Notes: generated by a model from the sequence alone, not told the origin. Counted from the first letter of the whole stretch, positions 1 through 14,120 are shown. The stretch is 63,849 bases of DNA, filler included, from Octopus bimaculoides (GCF_001194135.2; 5 parts of 5 records of this genome joined end to end with filler, not necessarily neighbours in it); one strand, 5' to 3'. Numbers and translations are program-made.

Positions 1-121
1 GTCTACCAAATTCACTCACAAGGCTTTGGTCGGCCCGAGGCTATAAGTAGAAAATACTTGCCCAAGGTTCCACGCAGTGGGACTGGATCCGGAACCATGT
101 GGTTGGTAAGCAAGCTACTTA

Positions 122-126
<5 letters not shown>
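1..126 (-). mobile_element. tRNA-derived SINE, family A (GGCTGTGTGGTAAG head), 5' part, cut by the window edge
   Basis: Reverse complement matches the 5' half of the + strand copy at 34584-34998 and many other copies in the window. Confidence 0.85.
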
Positions 127-160
<34 letters not shown>

Positions 161-183
161 CACAAACAAAATGCTACACTTGT

Positions 184-490
184 GAAGGCGTGTGGCTTAG
201 TGGTTAGGGTATTCGGCTCACAATTGTAAGGTCGTGCGTGTTGTGGCCTTGAGCAAGACACTTTATTTTCCTTGTTACTCCAGTCCATTCAGTTGGTAAA
301 AATGAGTAGTACCTATATTTCAAAGGGCCAGCCTTGTTACACTCTGTGCCACGCTGAATCACTCTGAGAACTACGTTAAGAGTACACGTGCCCGGGGAGT
401 GCTCAACCACTTGTACGTTAATTTCACTAGGAGGCTACTCCGTTGATCGGATCAGCTGGAACCCTCGTCGTCGTAACCGACAGAATGCCA
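184..490 (+). mobile_element. tRNA-derived CORE-type SINE (octopus OR2-like)
   Basis: A-box-like TGGCTTAGTGG head; CORE-like CCTTGAGCAAGACACTTTA segment; 3' tail shared with 21386-21668; inverted homologue at 47611-47923. Confidence 0.75.
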
Positions 491-1826
491 GTAATACCAG
501 ACCTTGTTATTGTGTGGACCGATGTCCACGTCGACAGGCTGCTGGTATGCATGCTCTCAGCTACTTAGTTTAAACCAGGACTGTCCAAACTGTGATATCA
601 CTTTGATGTAGCAGTTAGTACGATTATATGATTTGTAGCAGACGCAGCACACGAATCCCGTAGCCGATGTTATAGCTTTTTTTCTGTTTTCTTTTTCTCT
701 ATGTTAGATATATATATAGAACCATAAGTTAATACTGTGTTGACTAAGATATTTACGAATGACCTTGAAACTGAGAAATGTCGCAATCTATCTGATAATG
801 AAGGCTAAAAAGGCTGATGTTTATTCAAGATAATGCAAACTATGTAGATTACTTAAGTAGTTGTATGCTGTCAGCTTAATGTGACAGTCCCCTGAAGGAA
901 ATAATACTACTGTTGATTAGACCTAGGAAGCTGCACCGCTTCCTGTCGGCCTTGACACATTTCCTGTGTCCTTATGTTCACAAAGGGGAGATTAATGTGG
1001 ATTACTGTTGTTACATTTCATTTGCTGTTTGTATTTTCGATTTGTTACTTTCTAACATTGTCACAATACTACAAATTCTAAAGTAAAAGTATAGTTGATC
1101 ATATTGACCTCATCAAAGTACCTCTTTATCAGTACTTTCTATCGAACTCACTGAACGCAGAAGATAAAACAGCATACTTCAATAACACAATGACCGGTGT
1201 TCTATAGTTTCTGACACTACTCATTATTCTCATAATATTATGACATAATGGTGCATCGATATAAATAAAATATTACAACTTGCATGTTGAGACATATAAA
1301 CAGCGTGGTTCCATCGTTTGATCTAGATTCAAATTGATACAAAGCTCATCTTTGTGAGCTTTCTTTAGCCTCTGTGAGATAACTCAAAGATACATTGTCT
1401 CGTTTTCTAACGACAACCTGAACCCATTCTCACTGGAACATTGCGAAATTGGTTAAGTAAATATGTCAGAGGAAGTCTTGGCTTAGATGAACTAAATGCT
1501 AGCAGCAGAGATTTTCTTTCGGTATATTTTTGAAATAAACTTACTATTAGAAGGCCAGGAATTCAGTATTTTACCGAGTTTGTTGGTATACTTTAGATTT
1601 TTCTTCCAATTAAATAATGGTAGTTTGATTCTAAAGTGTATGGGCTTAGGAATGTGTATACTATATTTCTCTAAGAGGTAGCACAGATTATGTACAGACA
1701 GTAAATATGAAATTTATTGAAGCATCCTTTTTATTGTGATATCTAATTTTGGTCAGTCTTGTTCTTCTATGAATAATGTGTGTGTGTGTGTATATAGGCA
1801 TGTATGTGTGCATGTATGTGTGTATG

Positions 1827-1873
<47 letters not shown>

Positions 1874-2521
1874 NNNNNNNNNNNNNNNNNNNNNNNNNNN
1901 NNNNNNNNNNNNNNNNNNNNNNNNNNNNNNNNNNNNNNNNNNNNNNNNNNNNNNNNNNNNNNNNNNNNNNNNNNNNNNNNNNNNNNNNNNNNNNNNNNNN
2001 NNNNNNNNNNNNNNNNNNNNNNNNNNNNNNNNNNNNNNNNNNNNNNNNNNNNNNNNNNNNNNNNNNNNNNNNNNNNNNNNNNNNNNNNNNNNNNNNNNNN
2101 NNNNNNNNNNNNNNNNNNNNNNNNNNNNNNNNNNNNNNNNNNNNNNNNNNNNNNNNNNNNNNNNNNNNNNNNNNNNNNNNNNNNNNNNNNNNNNNNNNNN
2201 NNNNNNNNNNNNNNNNNNNNNNNNNNNNNNNNNNNNNNNNNNNNNNNNNNNNNNNNNNNNNNNNNNNNNNNNNNNNNNNNNNNNNNNNNNNNNNNNNNNN
2301 NNNNNNNNNNNNNNNNNNNNNNNNNNNNNNNNNNNNNNNNNNNNNNNNNNNNNNNNNNNNNNNNNNNNNNNNNNNNNNNNNNNNNNNNNNNNNNNNNNNN
2401 NNNNNNNNNNNNNNNNNNNNNNNNNNNNNNNNNNNNNNNNNNNNNNNNNNNNNNNNNNNNNNNNNNNNATATATATATATATATATATATATATAAAGAG
2501 AGAGAGAGACATACATATGTA

Positions 2522-2825
2522 TGTATCTTTTACTTGTTTCAGTTATTGGACTGTGGTCACACTAGGGCACCTCCTTGAAAGGTTTAGTCAAACAAATCCA
2601 CCCCAGTACTTGCATTTTGAAGTCTAGTATTTCTTCGGTCTCTTTTGCTGAAACTGCTAGCTTACGGGGACGTAAGCAAACCAACACCAGTTTTCAAACG
2701 TTGGGATTATGCACAAACTCGAAGACGCGCGCGCACACACACACACACATTATACGACTGGCTTCTACGTAGTTTCCGTCTACGAAATTCACTCACAAAG
2801 CATTGGTCGGTCCGGAGCTATAGTT
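2522..2825 (-). mobile_element. SINE family A fragment
   Basis: Matches the reverse complement of the 3' two-thirds of 34584-34998. Confidence 0.75.
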
Positions 2826-2960
2826 GAAAACACACAGTCTCATGCATAACTATATATATGTATGTACTTCTAAAAATTGAACAGTAGAATACAAGAAAAC
2901 TAATGATGGTCTCCGTTTGCAAACAATAAGTAGAAATTGTTCACAAAATGAAGTGATGTG

Positions 2961-2996
2961 GAGAGATCTGATGAGGTAGTTGAAAGATCTCATCAG
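2961..2996 (+). ncRNA. minimal hammerhead-ribozyme-like motif
   Basis: GAT-CTGATGA-G-GTAGT-T-GAA-AGATCT-C-ATC: core intact, palindromic stem III, 3-bp stem I, G:T closing stem II. Confidence 0.35.
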
Positions 2997-4165
2997 TGAA
3001 GGGCTTTGCTCGTAATGTCTGATATTTCCTTTCACGGCAAACTATTTTATTCTTATATTTGCCACTTAAATGTGGCTGACCCCTAAAGGTGGATGTTACT
3101 GTTGCTTTTAGCCCCAGGAGAACATCTCCTCCAGCTGTCTATTGACACACATCTGTGTCCTGTCTGTATTTGCAAAGGGAAGTCATCCTTCCCATCTTGA
3201 TCTGCGATACGTACGGACTCGAGTTTCTGGGTATTTACCCGTCCTCAGCGTACGACAATCGCCGACCTTCGATGCGAAAGATATCCCGATGCAAATACAT
3301 TTATCTTTTTCCAGTGAAATTATTCACTGATCTCGAAAAAGTGAAAACAAGCAATGTTAAATCTCCGAACAAGGTATTAACANNNNNNNNNNNNNNNNNN
3401 NNNNNNNNNNNNNNNNNNNNNNNNNNNNNNNNNNNNNNNNNNNNNNNNNNNNNNNNNNNNNNNNNNNNNNNNNNNNNNNNNNNNNNNNNNNNNNNNNNNN
3501 NNNNNNNNNNNNNNNNNNNNNNNNNNNNNNNNNNNNNNNNNNNNNNNNNNNNNNNNNNNNNNNNNNNNNNNNNNNNNNNNNNNNNNNNNNNNNNNNNNNN
3601 NNNNNNNNNNNNNNNNNNNNNNNNNNNNNNNNNNNNNNNNNNNNNNNNNNNNNNNNNNNNNNNNNNNNNNNNNNNNNNNNNNNNNNNNNNNNNNNNNNNN
3701 NNNNNNNNNNNNNNNNNNNNNNNNNNNNNNNNNNNNNNNNNNNNNNNNNNNNNNNNNNNNNNNNNNNNNNNNNNNNNNNNNNNNNNNNNNNNNNNNNNNN
3801 NNNNNNNNNNNNNNNNNNNNNNNNNNNNNNNNNNNNNNNNNNNNNNNNNNNNNNNNNNNNNNNNNNNNNNNNNNNNNNNNNNNNNNNNNNNNNNNNNNNN
3901 NNNNNNNNNNNNNNNNNNNNNNNNNNNNNNNNNNNNNNNNNNNNNNNNNNNNNNNNNNNNNNNNNNNNNNNNNNNNNNNNNNNNNNNNNNNNNNNNNNNN
4001 NNNNNNNNNNNNNNNNNNNNNNNNNNNNNNNNNNNNNNNNNNNNNNNNNNNNNNNNNNNNNNNNNNNNNNNNNNNNNNNNNNNNNNNNNNNNNNNNNNNN
4101 NNNNNNNNNNNNNNNNNNNNNNNNNNNNNNNNNNNNNNNNNNNNNNNNNNNNNNNNNNNNNNNNN

Positions 4166-4197
<32 letters not shown>

Positions 4198-4624
4198 TAT
4201 AGGGTGAGGAGCACTCATGCGTGCGTGTGTACCCGCGTGCGCGCAGATGCGTGTGCTTGTGTGTATGTGGCTATAATGTATAGATTGCAAATCACTATGT
4301 CACTTATTTTATCGAACTTAAAAATAAATCTCAGGACGAAAAATAAAAACAACACGATGAAATAATTGCAAATAAATAAAATAGATGAAACTAAATATTG
4401 TGAAATTCTTAATCCTGTTTTCGAATGTTTTTGGCAACTCAGCCAAAATATAATATTGCGACTTGTGGAAAGTAAAAGAGAAACATTTAGGCTGAAATTG
4501 AATTCTTATTTTACATTGAATTCTATTATAAATAGTCTGCATCTGGCCCTGTTCCTAAATCATATATCGTTATTTACAAATTGTGCCAAAGTTAGCGAAA
4601 TAATCTGTTATTTAATGTTTGCGT

Positions 4625-5143
4625 AAGCTACCCGTCTCATTTTGTGACATTGCAGTACAAATATACGAAGCTCAATATACCTATCATGACTACCCGTCTG
4701 ATAAGGTACACCCGGAACATGCATCACAACCATATGTGCACGACACGGTGATCTCATATCAAGATAAACAGCGCATTACTTTATAAGTGGGGCCCAGTTA
4801 GAATTTTCTTCAGGTCGAGTAGCTCATCCCGTTCAAATGTCCCTGAATAAGGTTTGTTTAAAGATGTTGAACGAAACATCCATGTTTCCAGAGGTGTATG
4901 ATTCAAACCCCAAAGAATTCCTCTTAACATATGGCTATGATTCTCACCCACTACTTCTGCTCGTGATCAGAGATGCACATATCTTCTGCAACTAAGGGAC
5001 ATGCTCAACTGGTTAAGCAACTGACAAGCAAATCTGTGGTATTGAGCAGAATATTTGCTGTAGTCCATAGGGAAAACATGTATGTGATAACACTTCCACG
5101 CAGTTAAGATCAGAAGCCATGACAGTCATTGCCCGGTACTGCA
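4625..5143 (-). repeat. interspersed repeat, probable retroposon remnant
   Basis: About 520 bp of moderate-GC sequence abutting a trinucleotide run; recognised from memory as an abundant octopus repeat; no ORF. Confidence 0.5.
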
Positions 5144-5267
<124 letters not shown>

Positions 5268-5486
5268 NNNNNNNNNNNNNNNNNNNNNNNNNNNNNNNNN
5301 NNNNNNNNNNNNNNNNNNNNNNNNNNNNNNNNNNNNNNNNNNNNNNNNNNNNNNNNNNNNNNNNNNNNNNNNNNNNNNNNNNNNNNNNNNNNGGGTCGAT
5401 AAAATAAGTACCAGTTAAACACTAGAATCGATGTAATCGACTCATCCCCTCCCCCAAAACTGCTGCCTTCTTGAAAAATTTGAAGC

Positions 5487-5526
<40 letters not shown>

Positions 5527-5538
5527 GTTGTTGTTAAC

Positions 5539-5752
5539 GCGACGAGCTGACAGAATTGTTAGCACGCCGAAAGGAATGCTTAGTGGTATTTCGTCTGCCG
5601 CTATGTTCTGAGTTCAAATTCCGCTGAGGTCGACTTTGCCTTTCAGCCTTTCGGGGTCGATTAAATAAGTACCAGTTACGCACAGGGGTCGGTGTAATAG
5701 ACTTAATCCCTTCTCCCGAAATTTCAGGCCTTGCGCTTATGATAGAAAGTGA
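5539..5752 (+). mobile_element. tRNA-derived SINE, family B (GGCGAGCTGGCAGAATCGTTAGC head)
   Basis: B-box-like GAGTTCAAATTCC; homologous to 49742-49967 and 62113-62295; (ATT)n tail. Confidence 0.85.
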
Positions 5753-5759
5753 TTATTAC

Positions 5760-5816
<57 letters not shown>

Positions 5817-5951
5817 GTTGTTGTTGTTTTAATCATAACTCACGCAATTATGATAGACTCTATTTTGTTTAGTCTTTCGACTTCTCTCCCCACCTCTCTC
5901 TCTCCTTACTTTCCTTGTACTTTCTCTCGTGCACTCTCTCATTCTCACTCA

Positions 5952-5992
<41 letters not shown>

Positions 5993-6002
5993 NNNNNNNN
6001 NN

Positions 6003-6038
<36 letters not shown>

Positions 6039-6910
6039 CTACTCTCCCTCTTTTTGACGTTTATTAAATCTCTCTAATCCTGTAACTTTCTTCTTATTTG
6101 TTAATCTCTCTCTTCGGTTTGTTATTCTCGCTCTCATACACTCTTTCCTCGTCTATTCCGTTTCGTTCCTTCTACTCTTATAGCTTCGGGGTATTTTGCG
6201 TTTCAATCATTTTAAGGGAGCCAATTTTTCTTCAAGGTCATGTGACTGCATCATGACAGCATTCTAATAGGATCAACAATAACAATAGCAAAAACAACAA
6301 CAGCAGCAGCAGAAGCAGTAGCAATAGCAGCAGCAGCAGCAGCAGTAGCAGTAGCAGCAGCAGCATTCAGCAACGACAGCAGCACCAATAGCTACGACTG
6401 CTACAAGTACAAAAATGGTTACATTTAAAATGGAGCTGGATCGCTTGCTTTGGAAATTTTTCAGCAAACTTAACAGATCCAAGCGTTATTTGTGCTTATT
6501 GACACGTTGTTTCGCCCGAGGAAATATCGTTCGTACCGGAAGTGGCTTTCTGCACGCTATTCACTTACCGTAGAATTACGGAAACCAACGACAAAGTTAA
6601 ATAAGAAAAAAAAGTTAATAAGCAATAATTAAGAATAAAAGATTTACTGCTTTAAATTGGCATCAGAATTTGGCATTAAATTAAACTGTATATATCCTCT
6701 CTGGATGTAGATTGAATTATATAGTGTTACCTGGAGGGCCTAAAGATGAGGAGGAATATCAATTCGTGAATGGTTTGGGATATGTGGATTCGAGAATACT
6801 TTAGAATGATTTTTCTGTTAATACGAGTGAACATATCGGCGTGTACAACTGTGTGTGCGCGTGCGTGTGTATGTATGTCTATATGTATATATATGTGTGT
6901 GTGTGTGTGT

Positions 6911-6942
<32 letters not shown>

Positions 6943-7216
6943 AAACATACATTTATATTGACATGCACACACACGTATATAAACGTGTATGTTTGTGTTA
7001 TGTGTGTGTGTTTGTGTGCGTGTATTTCTTGTGTGATATATGTAAGTATGTGCAAATGCATTGTATGTTGTTTCAAGTATATAAATGAACGAATGGATGT
7101 TTTAGACATGAAGATAATGGCGAAAGCATACTGGTGTAGTCTAAGTAGTTTTTAAAGTAGATGCACGTTTGTGTGTACCTTTGTAGAATGAGTTGCACAA
7201 AGTCTTTTACGCTACG

Positions 7217-7329
<113 letters not shown>

Positions 7330-7781
7330 GACTTGAGCCTAAATCCTTTGAAATACAAGTCCGAGACCGTACCAAGTGGCAGTGTTCCATCACCATCAGA
7401 ACCAAAAACATCGAAACCACCAGAAGAGAAAAGGAAGAAAATAAACGAGACACAGCATTATGCATGGATGAACCTGATGAGACCCAGACTGCATAATTAA
7501 AGCCCCACCCATGAGGGACAGTAGCAGGATGGGTCGAAAAGACCGTTGTGCAAAATAAAGATTAATACCAAATCCATCTTCTGGTAACTTTATCAATTAT
7601 CATTATCTCAATTAACACTGCGAAGTTCCTGAAGTAGATCCAACGGAAATATACCCCGACTGCGGATGGGACCAGGTAGCCCAAACTGTGCTAGTGCTCT
7701 ACTCAACACTTCAACACACTAATCTACATATACCCATTAATCTAAAATATTATAAATATGTGTGTGTGTGGGGGGGTGTAT

Positions 7782-7840
7782 AACTCCAAGTTTCGGATGT
7801 CGGGGCACAAACCCAGGCCGGCATCTCTTCAGTTATCGGG
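7782..7840 (-). ncRNA. hammerhead-ribozyme-like motif, probable Penelope-like element (PLE) terminus
   Basis: Minus strand: CTGAAGA-GATGCCGG..CCGACATC-C-GAAAC-TTGGA-GTT; 7/8-bp stem II, 3-bp stem III; ends next to a microsatellite. Confidence 0.55.
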
Positions 7841-8660
7841 CCATCGAAAAAAATGCTATGAAAATGACCGTTAAACAAAGGAAATTATTGTGTGATTGAC
7901 CGTTATTAAAACAGAAGAGCTATTAGAATGACCGCTAAGAAAGGGGAGGGACTAAAGGCAAAGGAGTAAAAATGTACATAGTAATCGCGTAAGCGTGCAT
8001 GTCCATACATACACATGCACGCCCGCACACGCACGTACATGCACCCTCACATGAAACACACATGCTCACCCACACATTCGCCAAAAAATATATACATACC
8101 CGCATACACGCTCGCACACACACACAGGCGCGCACAAAAAAAGGTTCATACACACGTCTATATACGCACATGCACAAGAAAAAACAGGGTTAAAGGCAAA
8201 ATACAGAAAAATGTGTAAAAAAAAGTGTAAAAGTTAGCAATAAGAGTAAAATACGTCTATCTATATAGATCGATCGATCGATAGATAGATAGAAAGATAC
8301 AGTACATACGAGTAAGTACACCATTATAAGAACTCTACAGTTTTTGTTTTTGGATAAGTATTAATTAGCCCTATTTACGATATCATAAGTACTATTCTTT
8401 TTCTAGACATATTGGTAATGCCTGTCTTATTTCAGTACTAGCTTCATTTCATTACTATTCACAGACCCTGGTTCCCCATATTTAGAAATAACCCATAATA
8501 ATTTCCCTAGATCACTGCTAGTTCACTCTTTTGCCTATCGACTTCAAGACCCATGCTGCAAGATGGTACGATTTTAATATATTGAGCCTTCTGGCCTCAT
8601 CTCGAGGCCCTTCTCTTTCCTCTTCCCTCTTCTCTTCGTTTATTTAATTTTATTCATTTG

Positions 8661-8783
8661 TATTCACTCTGATGAAGCTCTTTGTGCTAGATCGAATGTG
8701 CTGTAAAGATGGCGAATATTATTTTCGGAATATCTTTCGTAAGCACCGACTAACATTGGAAGTGGAAACGGCCGTAAGAAATA
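8661..8783 (+). ncRNA. hammerhead-like motif with long stem II insert, probable PLE terminus
   Basis: CTGATGAAGC (from 8669) ... GAAAC-GGCC-GTA (8765-8776) with palindromic ACGGCCGT; imperfect stem I TATT(CA)CT / AG(A)AATA. Confidence 0.5.
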
Positions 8784-9061
8784 TTATGTCATGTTTTGTA
8801 TTAAAAAGTAATCAACCGATGCTGGTCAATTTGCTTGTTTGTTGATCAAAAGTTCCCTCCATTTTCTTATTATTTAAATTTGATTCCTGATAAACTTTTG
8901 TTTATTCTGTTGTTACCTGTACCCTATGAGAATAGTGTGCCTGCATACCCATGCCCAGGGATAGCATAGGTAATTGATACCGATAGTAAGAACGGATACT
9001 ATTATCCCTTAGACGGTTATTACAACCGCTAACTCTACTTACCTTTGATATATAATATATA

Positions 9062-9100
<39 letters not shown>

Positions 9101-9111
9101 ATATATATATA

Positions 9112-9159
<48 letters not shown>

Positions 9160-9399
9160 TCCATGCGTGTTTATACATATATAGTCGATAAATGGAGAAA
9201 CAAGGCTGAAATATGTAGAAGGAATGTAGTAAAAATTCAATTTTTATACCTTAACTTAGCATTCGTCTTGCAAATAGATTATGGAAATTATAACAGAAAG
9301 TTCAATGAAAGCGTGAAAGCATATTAATGCAGTCAAATAGTAACTAATTTCATATAAAAGAGTGTGAGATTCAATGAAGAAGATCAATGAAATGTAATT

Positions 9400-9780
9400 A
9401 ACAATAAAAATAATTAAAATGGAGGGAAAATGTTTACAAATGTGAACACATGATTAATCCAGGATTAAGAAATACAAAGTAAGTTGCAAATGTGATAAGA
9501 AAAATCTGATATTGATCAGGGTATTTAAGATTAGAGCAGTTGGATAGCTTCATGTCTATAAATATGTGAGAAATCAGTGTAGAAGTTTAGAAGGGAAAAT
9601 GTTACTATTTCTGAGATTGATTTTTCTTCTATGATCTTTCAAAAGTATTCGGTCTAAATATTTTCAATATCTTTCTATCATTGTAGTTTGAAGTTTGGCT
9701 TTCTACGTTTATTTGAAATTAATAGACTTTTTCCCCCCGGCAATTAATTTGAATATGTAATGATAACTTTCAGTGGTAAG
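9400..9780 (-). mobile_element. highly decayed mariner-like transposase remnant
   Basis: Fragments resembling DRR-I-L-EI, MKLS-W and LVT-DETW-H motifs, with many stops and frameshifts. Confidence 0.3.
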
Positions 9781-11521
9781 CCTATTTCTAAATAAGGTCT
9801 ATAATCGTCATAATTTTAAATTAAGCTTCACCCCACGACATACTCTAGTGTTCTAATACTTTCAATCCACCCCACCCTTTTTTTTTTCTGCTTTCTAAAC
9901 CAAGTCACCGACCCACATAGCAATTTTTTTCCTCAAAAGATCTGGGGAGATCAAAAGGTTCGGAACCAATTTGTAAATCTGCGAACTAATGTAATAATAT
10001 ACATATACATATGTATGTGGGTATGTGTGAGTGTGTTTTTAAAAAATAAATACGTACGTATGTACATACGTGTGTTTTATANNNNNNNNNNNNNNNNNNN
10101 NNNNNNNNNNNNNNNNNNNNNNNNNNNNNNNNNNNNNNNNNNNNNNNNNNNNNNNNNNNNNNNNNNNNNNNNNNNNNNNNNNNNNNNNNNNNNNNNNNNN
10201 NNNNNNNNNNNNNNNNNNNNNNNNNNNNNNNNNNNNNNNNNNNNNNNNNNNNNNNNNNNNNNNNNNNNNNNNNNNNNNNNNNNNNNNNNNNNNNNNNNNN
10301 NNNNNNNNNNNNNNNNNNNNNNNNNNNNNNNNNNNNNNNNNNNNNNNNNNNNNNNNNNNNNNNNNNNNNNNNNNNNNNNNNNNNNNNNNNNNNNNNNNNN
10401 NNNNNNNNNNNNNNNNNNNNNNNNNNNNNNNNNNNNNNNNNNNNNNNNNNNNNNNNNNNNNNNNNNNNNNNNNNNNNNNNNNNNNNNNNNNNNNNNNNNT
10501 ATATATATTTATATATATATATGCGTGTCTGTGTATACGTACATATAGATGTAACTATATGCATACAGATATATAAATATGCCTGCACGCACACACTCAT
10601 ACACACACGCGCGCGTGCGTGCGTGTGTGGTAAATGCCAATCTTCGGAATAAATCTATGACAAACATATATGTTAAAATCAAATGAAAGCAAAGCTACTA
10701 AAGGAATATTAAAATTCATACTCTAATAAGTTAGAAACTTTGGTAGCTGAGAATATATTTCCAAATCTGTCATACATATATCAGCCAAAAGCTGAAACAC
10801 AAAATGCAATTAATGCATCATTGCATTTGTTGGTAGATTTTTTTTAATATGATGTCATGACTAAAGAAATACAGATTTTCTCATTAAAATATCGTCGCAA
10901 GTTGGCTCAATATACATATATAGATACATTCTCCCATACACAGACATAAGTATATATTCACACAAATATCCTTAACATGCGTACATAACACTCCCGATTC
11001 CCTCCCCCCCTACACATTAAGTATGCGTGCATGTGCGCGCACGTTTATATATATGTATGTAGCTATATATATATATCTTTATGTATGTATTTACATGTAT
11101 ATATATATGTATGTAAATATATATGTGTATATNNNNNNNNNNNNNNNNNNNNNNNNNNNNNNNNNNNNNNNNNNNNNNNNNNNNNNNNNNNNNNNNNNNN
11201 NNNNNNNNNNNNNNNNNNNNNNNNNNNNNNNNNNNNNNNNNNNNNNNNNNNNNNNNNNNNNNNNNNNNNNNNNNNNNNNNNNNNNNNNNNNNNNNNNNNN
11301 NNNNNNNNNNNNNNNNNNNNNNNNNNNNNNNNNNNNNNNNNNNNNNNNNNNNNNNNNNNNNNNNNNNNNNNNNNNNNNNNNNNNNNNNNNNNNNNNNNNN
11401 NNNNNNNNNNNNNNNNNNNNNNNNNNNNNNNNNNNNNNNNNNNNNNNNNNNNNNNNNNNNNNNNNNNNNNNNNNNNNNNNNNNNNNNNNNNNNNNNNNNN
11501 NNNNNNNNNNNNNNNNNNNNN

Positions 11522-11552
<31 letters not shown>

Positions 11553-12748
11553 TATGTATGTATGTATGTATACACACGCACAAAATGATAGAAGTATCTA
11601 CATCACTTAAAAGTTTTATATTAATCAATTTCGCGAAATTTTTTTATTACTTTCCTAACCATACGCACGCACACACACACATACATACACACATGTCTAT
11701 GTGCATACACACATATACATGCATACATACATACATACATACATACACATATCTAGATATAGATACGCACACGATATATATCGTATAAGTATAATATATA
11801 TATATGTATATATGTGTGCATGTATGTATGTCTATGTACAATATAAATATATACATACTCATTCCCTTACATACACACGCGTGCGCGCACACACACACAT
11901 ACATATACGTGTGTATATGTATGCATTTATATATGTCTATGTGTGTGTGCGCGCACTTGTGCGACCATACAAACATCTTAATTATATAATTTTTTAATAT
12001 AGATGATTTGAACTTTTTGCGAAGACCAATGATTTTCTCTTTATATCTATATATACATATACATACGCACACGCACATATATATAAATATATATATATAT
12101 ACATATATATACATATATATATATACATATATATNNNNNNNNNNNNNNNNNNNNNNNNNNNNNNNNNNNNNNNNNNNNNNNNNNNNNNNNNNNNNNNNNN
12201 NNNNNNNNNNNNNNNNNNNNNNNNNNNNNNNNNATATATATATATATATCATGAATTGAAAAATGTTTTAATATACATTCCGGGTATAAATATGAAAAAA
12301 TATATAAATTCTGTAGAATATCATTTTTTTATCTTTCAGAATTATTATTTTTTTGCCTTCCATCATCTTCTCCTTCCAGCCTTTGCGCCAACTTTTAATG
12401 CTGAAAATATTATCTTTGCAACTTAGTAGAATTAATTCAAATCCAGTTGAATGCCTACATGCATATCTCAAATTGTGAGTCAACAACAAATTTTTTCGAA
12501 CGTACCGGATCAAAGACATGAGGCTATGATCATTACACAAGCATACATATATACATACATACATAAATGCATACATGCATACATACATACATACATATAT
12601 ACATACATACATAAATGCATACATGCATGCATACATACATACATATATTCATGTATATATACTTATACACACGCGCGCGCGCCCATGCACACATANNNNN
12701 NNNNNCACGCGCGCGCGCCCATGCACACATATATGTATATACATACAT

Positions 12749-12795
<47 letters not shown>

Positions 12796-12810
12796 GGCAG
12801 ACAGACAGAC

Positions 12811-12865
<55 letters not shown>

Positions 12866-14120
12866 CGCCTAGTTCTGTTGCGCACCAACAGATGGCAACA
12901 CAATGTTGTGTGCGCAGTGAGAGTTAGCAGTGAGCTTCATAAGGCAGTTTGCCGAGTGACATCGTAGTGTTTACTTTGAAAGTTGTGAAATTTGAGTCTT
13001 TGTGATCACGTGTATGCAGTCGTCTGCGATTTTGTCATGGACAAGAACAAAGATCTAACGGGAAATTTGGCGTAAAACTTGAAAAGTCTGCTACAGCGAC
13101 ACTGAGCGTTTTTCGGCAAGCTAACGGCGACGTGGCAATGGGTCGTACGCAAATGTTTCGTGTTGCGCGGGCGCTTCAAAAAGCGGATGTGGGTCTCTGG
13201 AAGATGATGAGCAATCTGGAAGACCTGCCACGAATGTCACGCCGGGAAATGTCAAGAAAATTCATTATCTTGAGCATGAGGATCGTCGAAGGACAATCAA
13301 CGTTATTGCTGATGTTGTTGGTCTGTTGTATGGGTCCGTGCAAACAATCCTAACGTCTGAATTGAACATGCGGCGTGTCTCTGCAAAGTTTCCACCACCC
13401 CCCGCCTGCTGACCACTGAGCAGATAGAACAACGCCTCGAAGTCTCTCATTCGTCCGCGTGCTGCTGATGACTCATCCTTCATGTCGAAGATCATCACAG
13501 GTGACAAGAGTTTCGTCTACGGGTAAGACCCCGAGATGAAGCAATTGTCGTCGCAATGGAAGAGCCCTTCATCTCCACTACCGAAGAAGGCACGACAGAG
13601 CCACAGCTCATTCAAGAGCATGCTTATCGTTTTTTCTGACATCCGCAATATTGGGCATCGAGAATTCGTCTCCCAGAGCCAGACCGCAAATCGAGCGGTC
13701 TACTGCGACGCTTTGAAGCGTTTGAGGGAGGATATTCGGCGAAAGTGACCGGATCTGTGGTGTGCGAAGAATTGAATTCCTCACGACGATAATGCTCCCT
13801 GTCACCGGGCTCTCCTCACTCGTGAGTTTCTCGCCCAAAGCAACATGGTATCGCTTCACCAGATTTAGCAGATTTCCATGCCTTTCCCAAGATGAAAATG
13901 CAGCTCAAAGGTTGCCGTTTTAACACTGTGTCGAGATTAAGAGCGAATCGCAGAAGGTCTTCAACTCACTTACGGAAACGACTTCCAGGCCGGATTTCAA
14001 AAGTAACAGGGACGCTGGAACCGGTGTATTGTTGCGAAACGTGAGTATTTCGAAGGAGTAGGTAAATAAGTTATTTTTCATAGAACATAACTAGTCAGTG
14101 GACTTTTTGGTACCACCTAG

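Noticed and set aside
2972-2990. TGAGGTAGTT resembling the 5' end of let-7
   Set aside because: Only about 9 nt match and there is no precursor hairpin
7330-7700. Protein-like stretch LDLSLNPLKYKSETVPSG..HYAWMNLMRPRLHN
   Set aside because: No splice signals and several stops; likely a retroelement relic that I cannot assign
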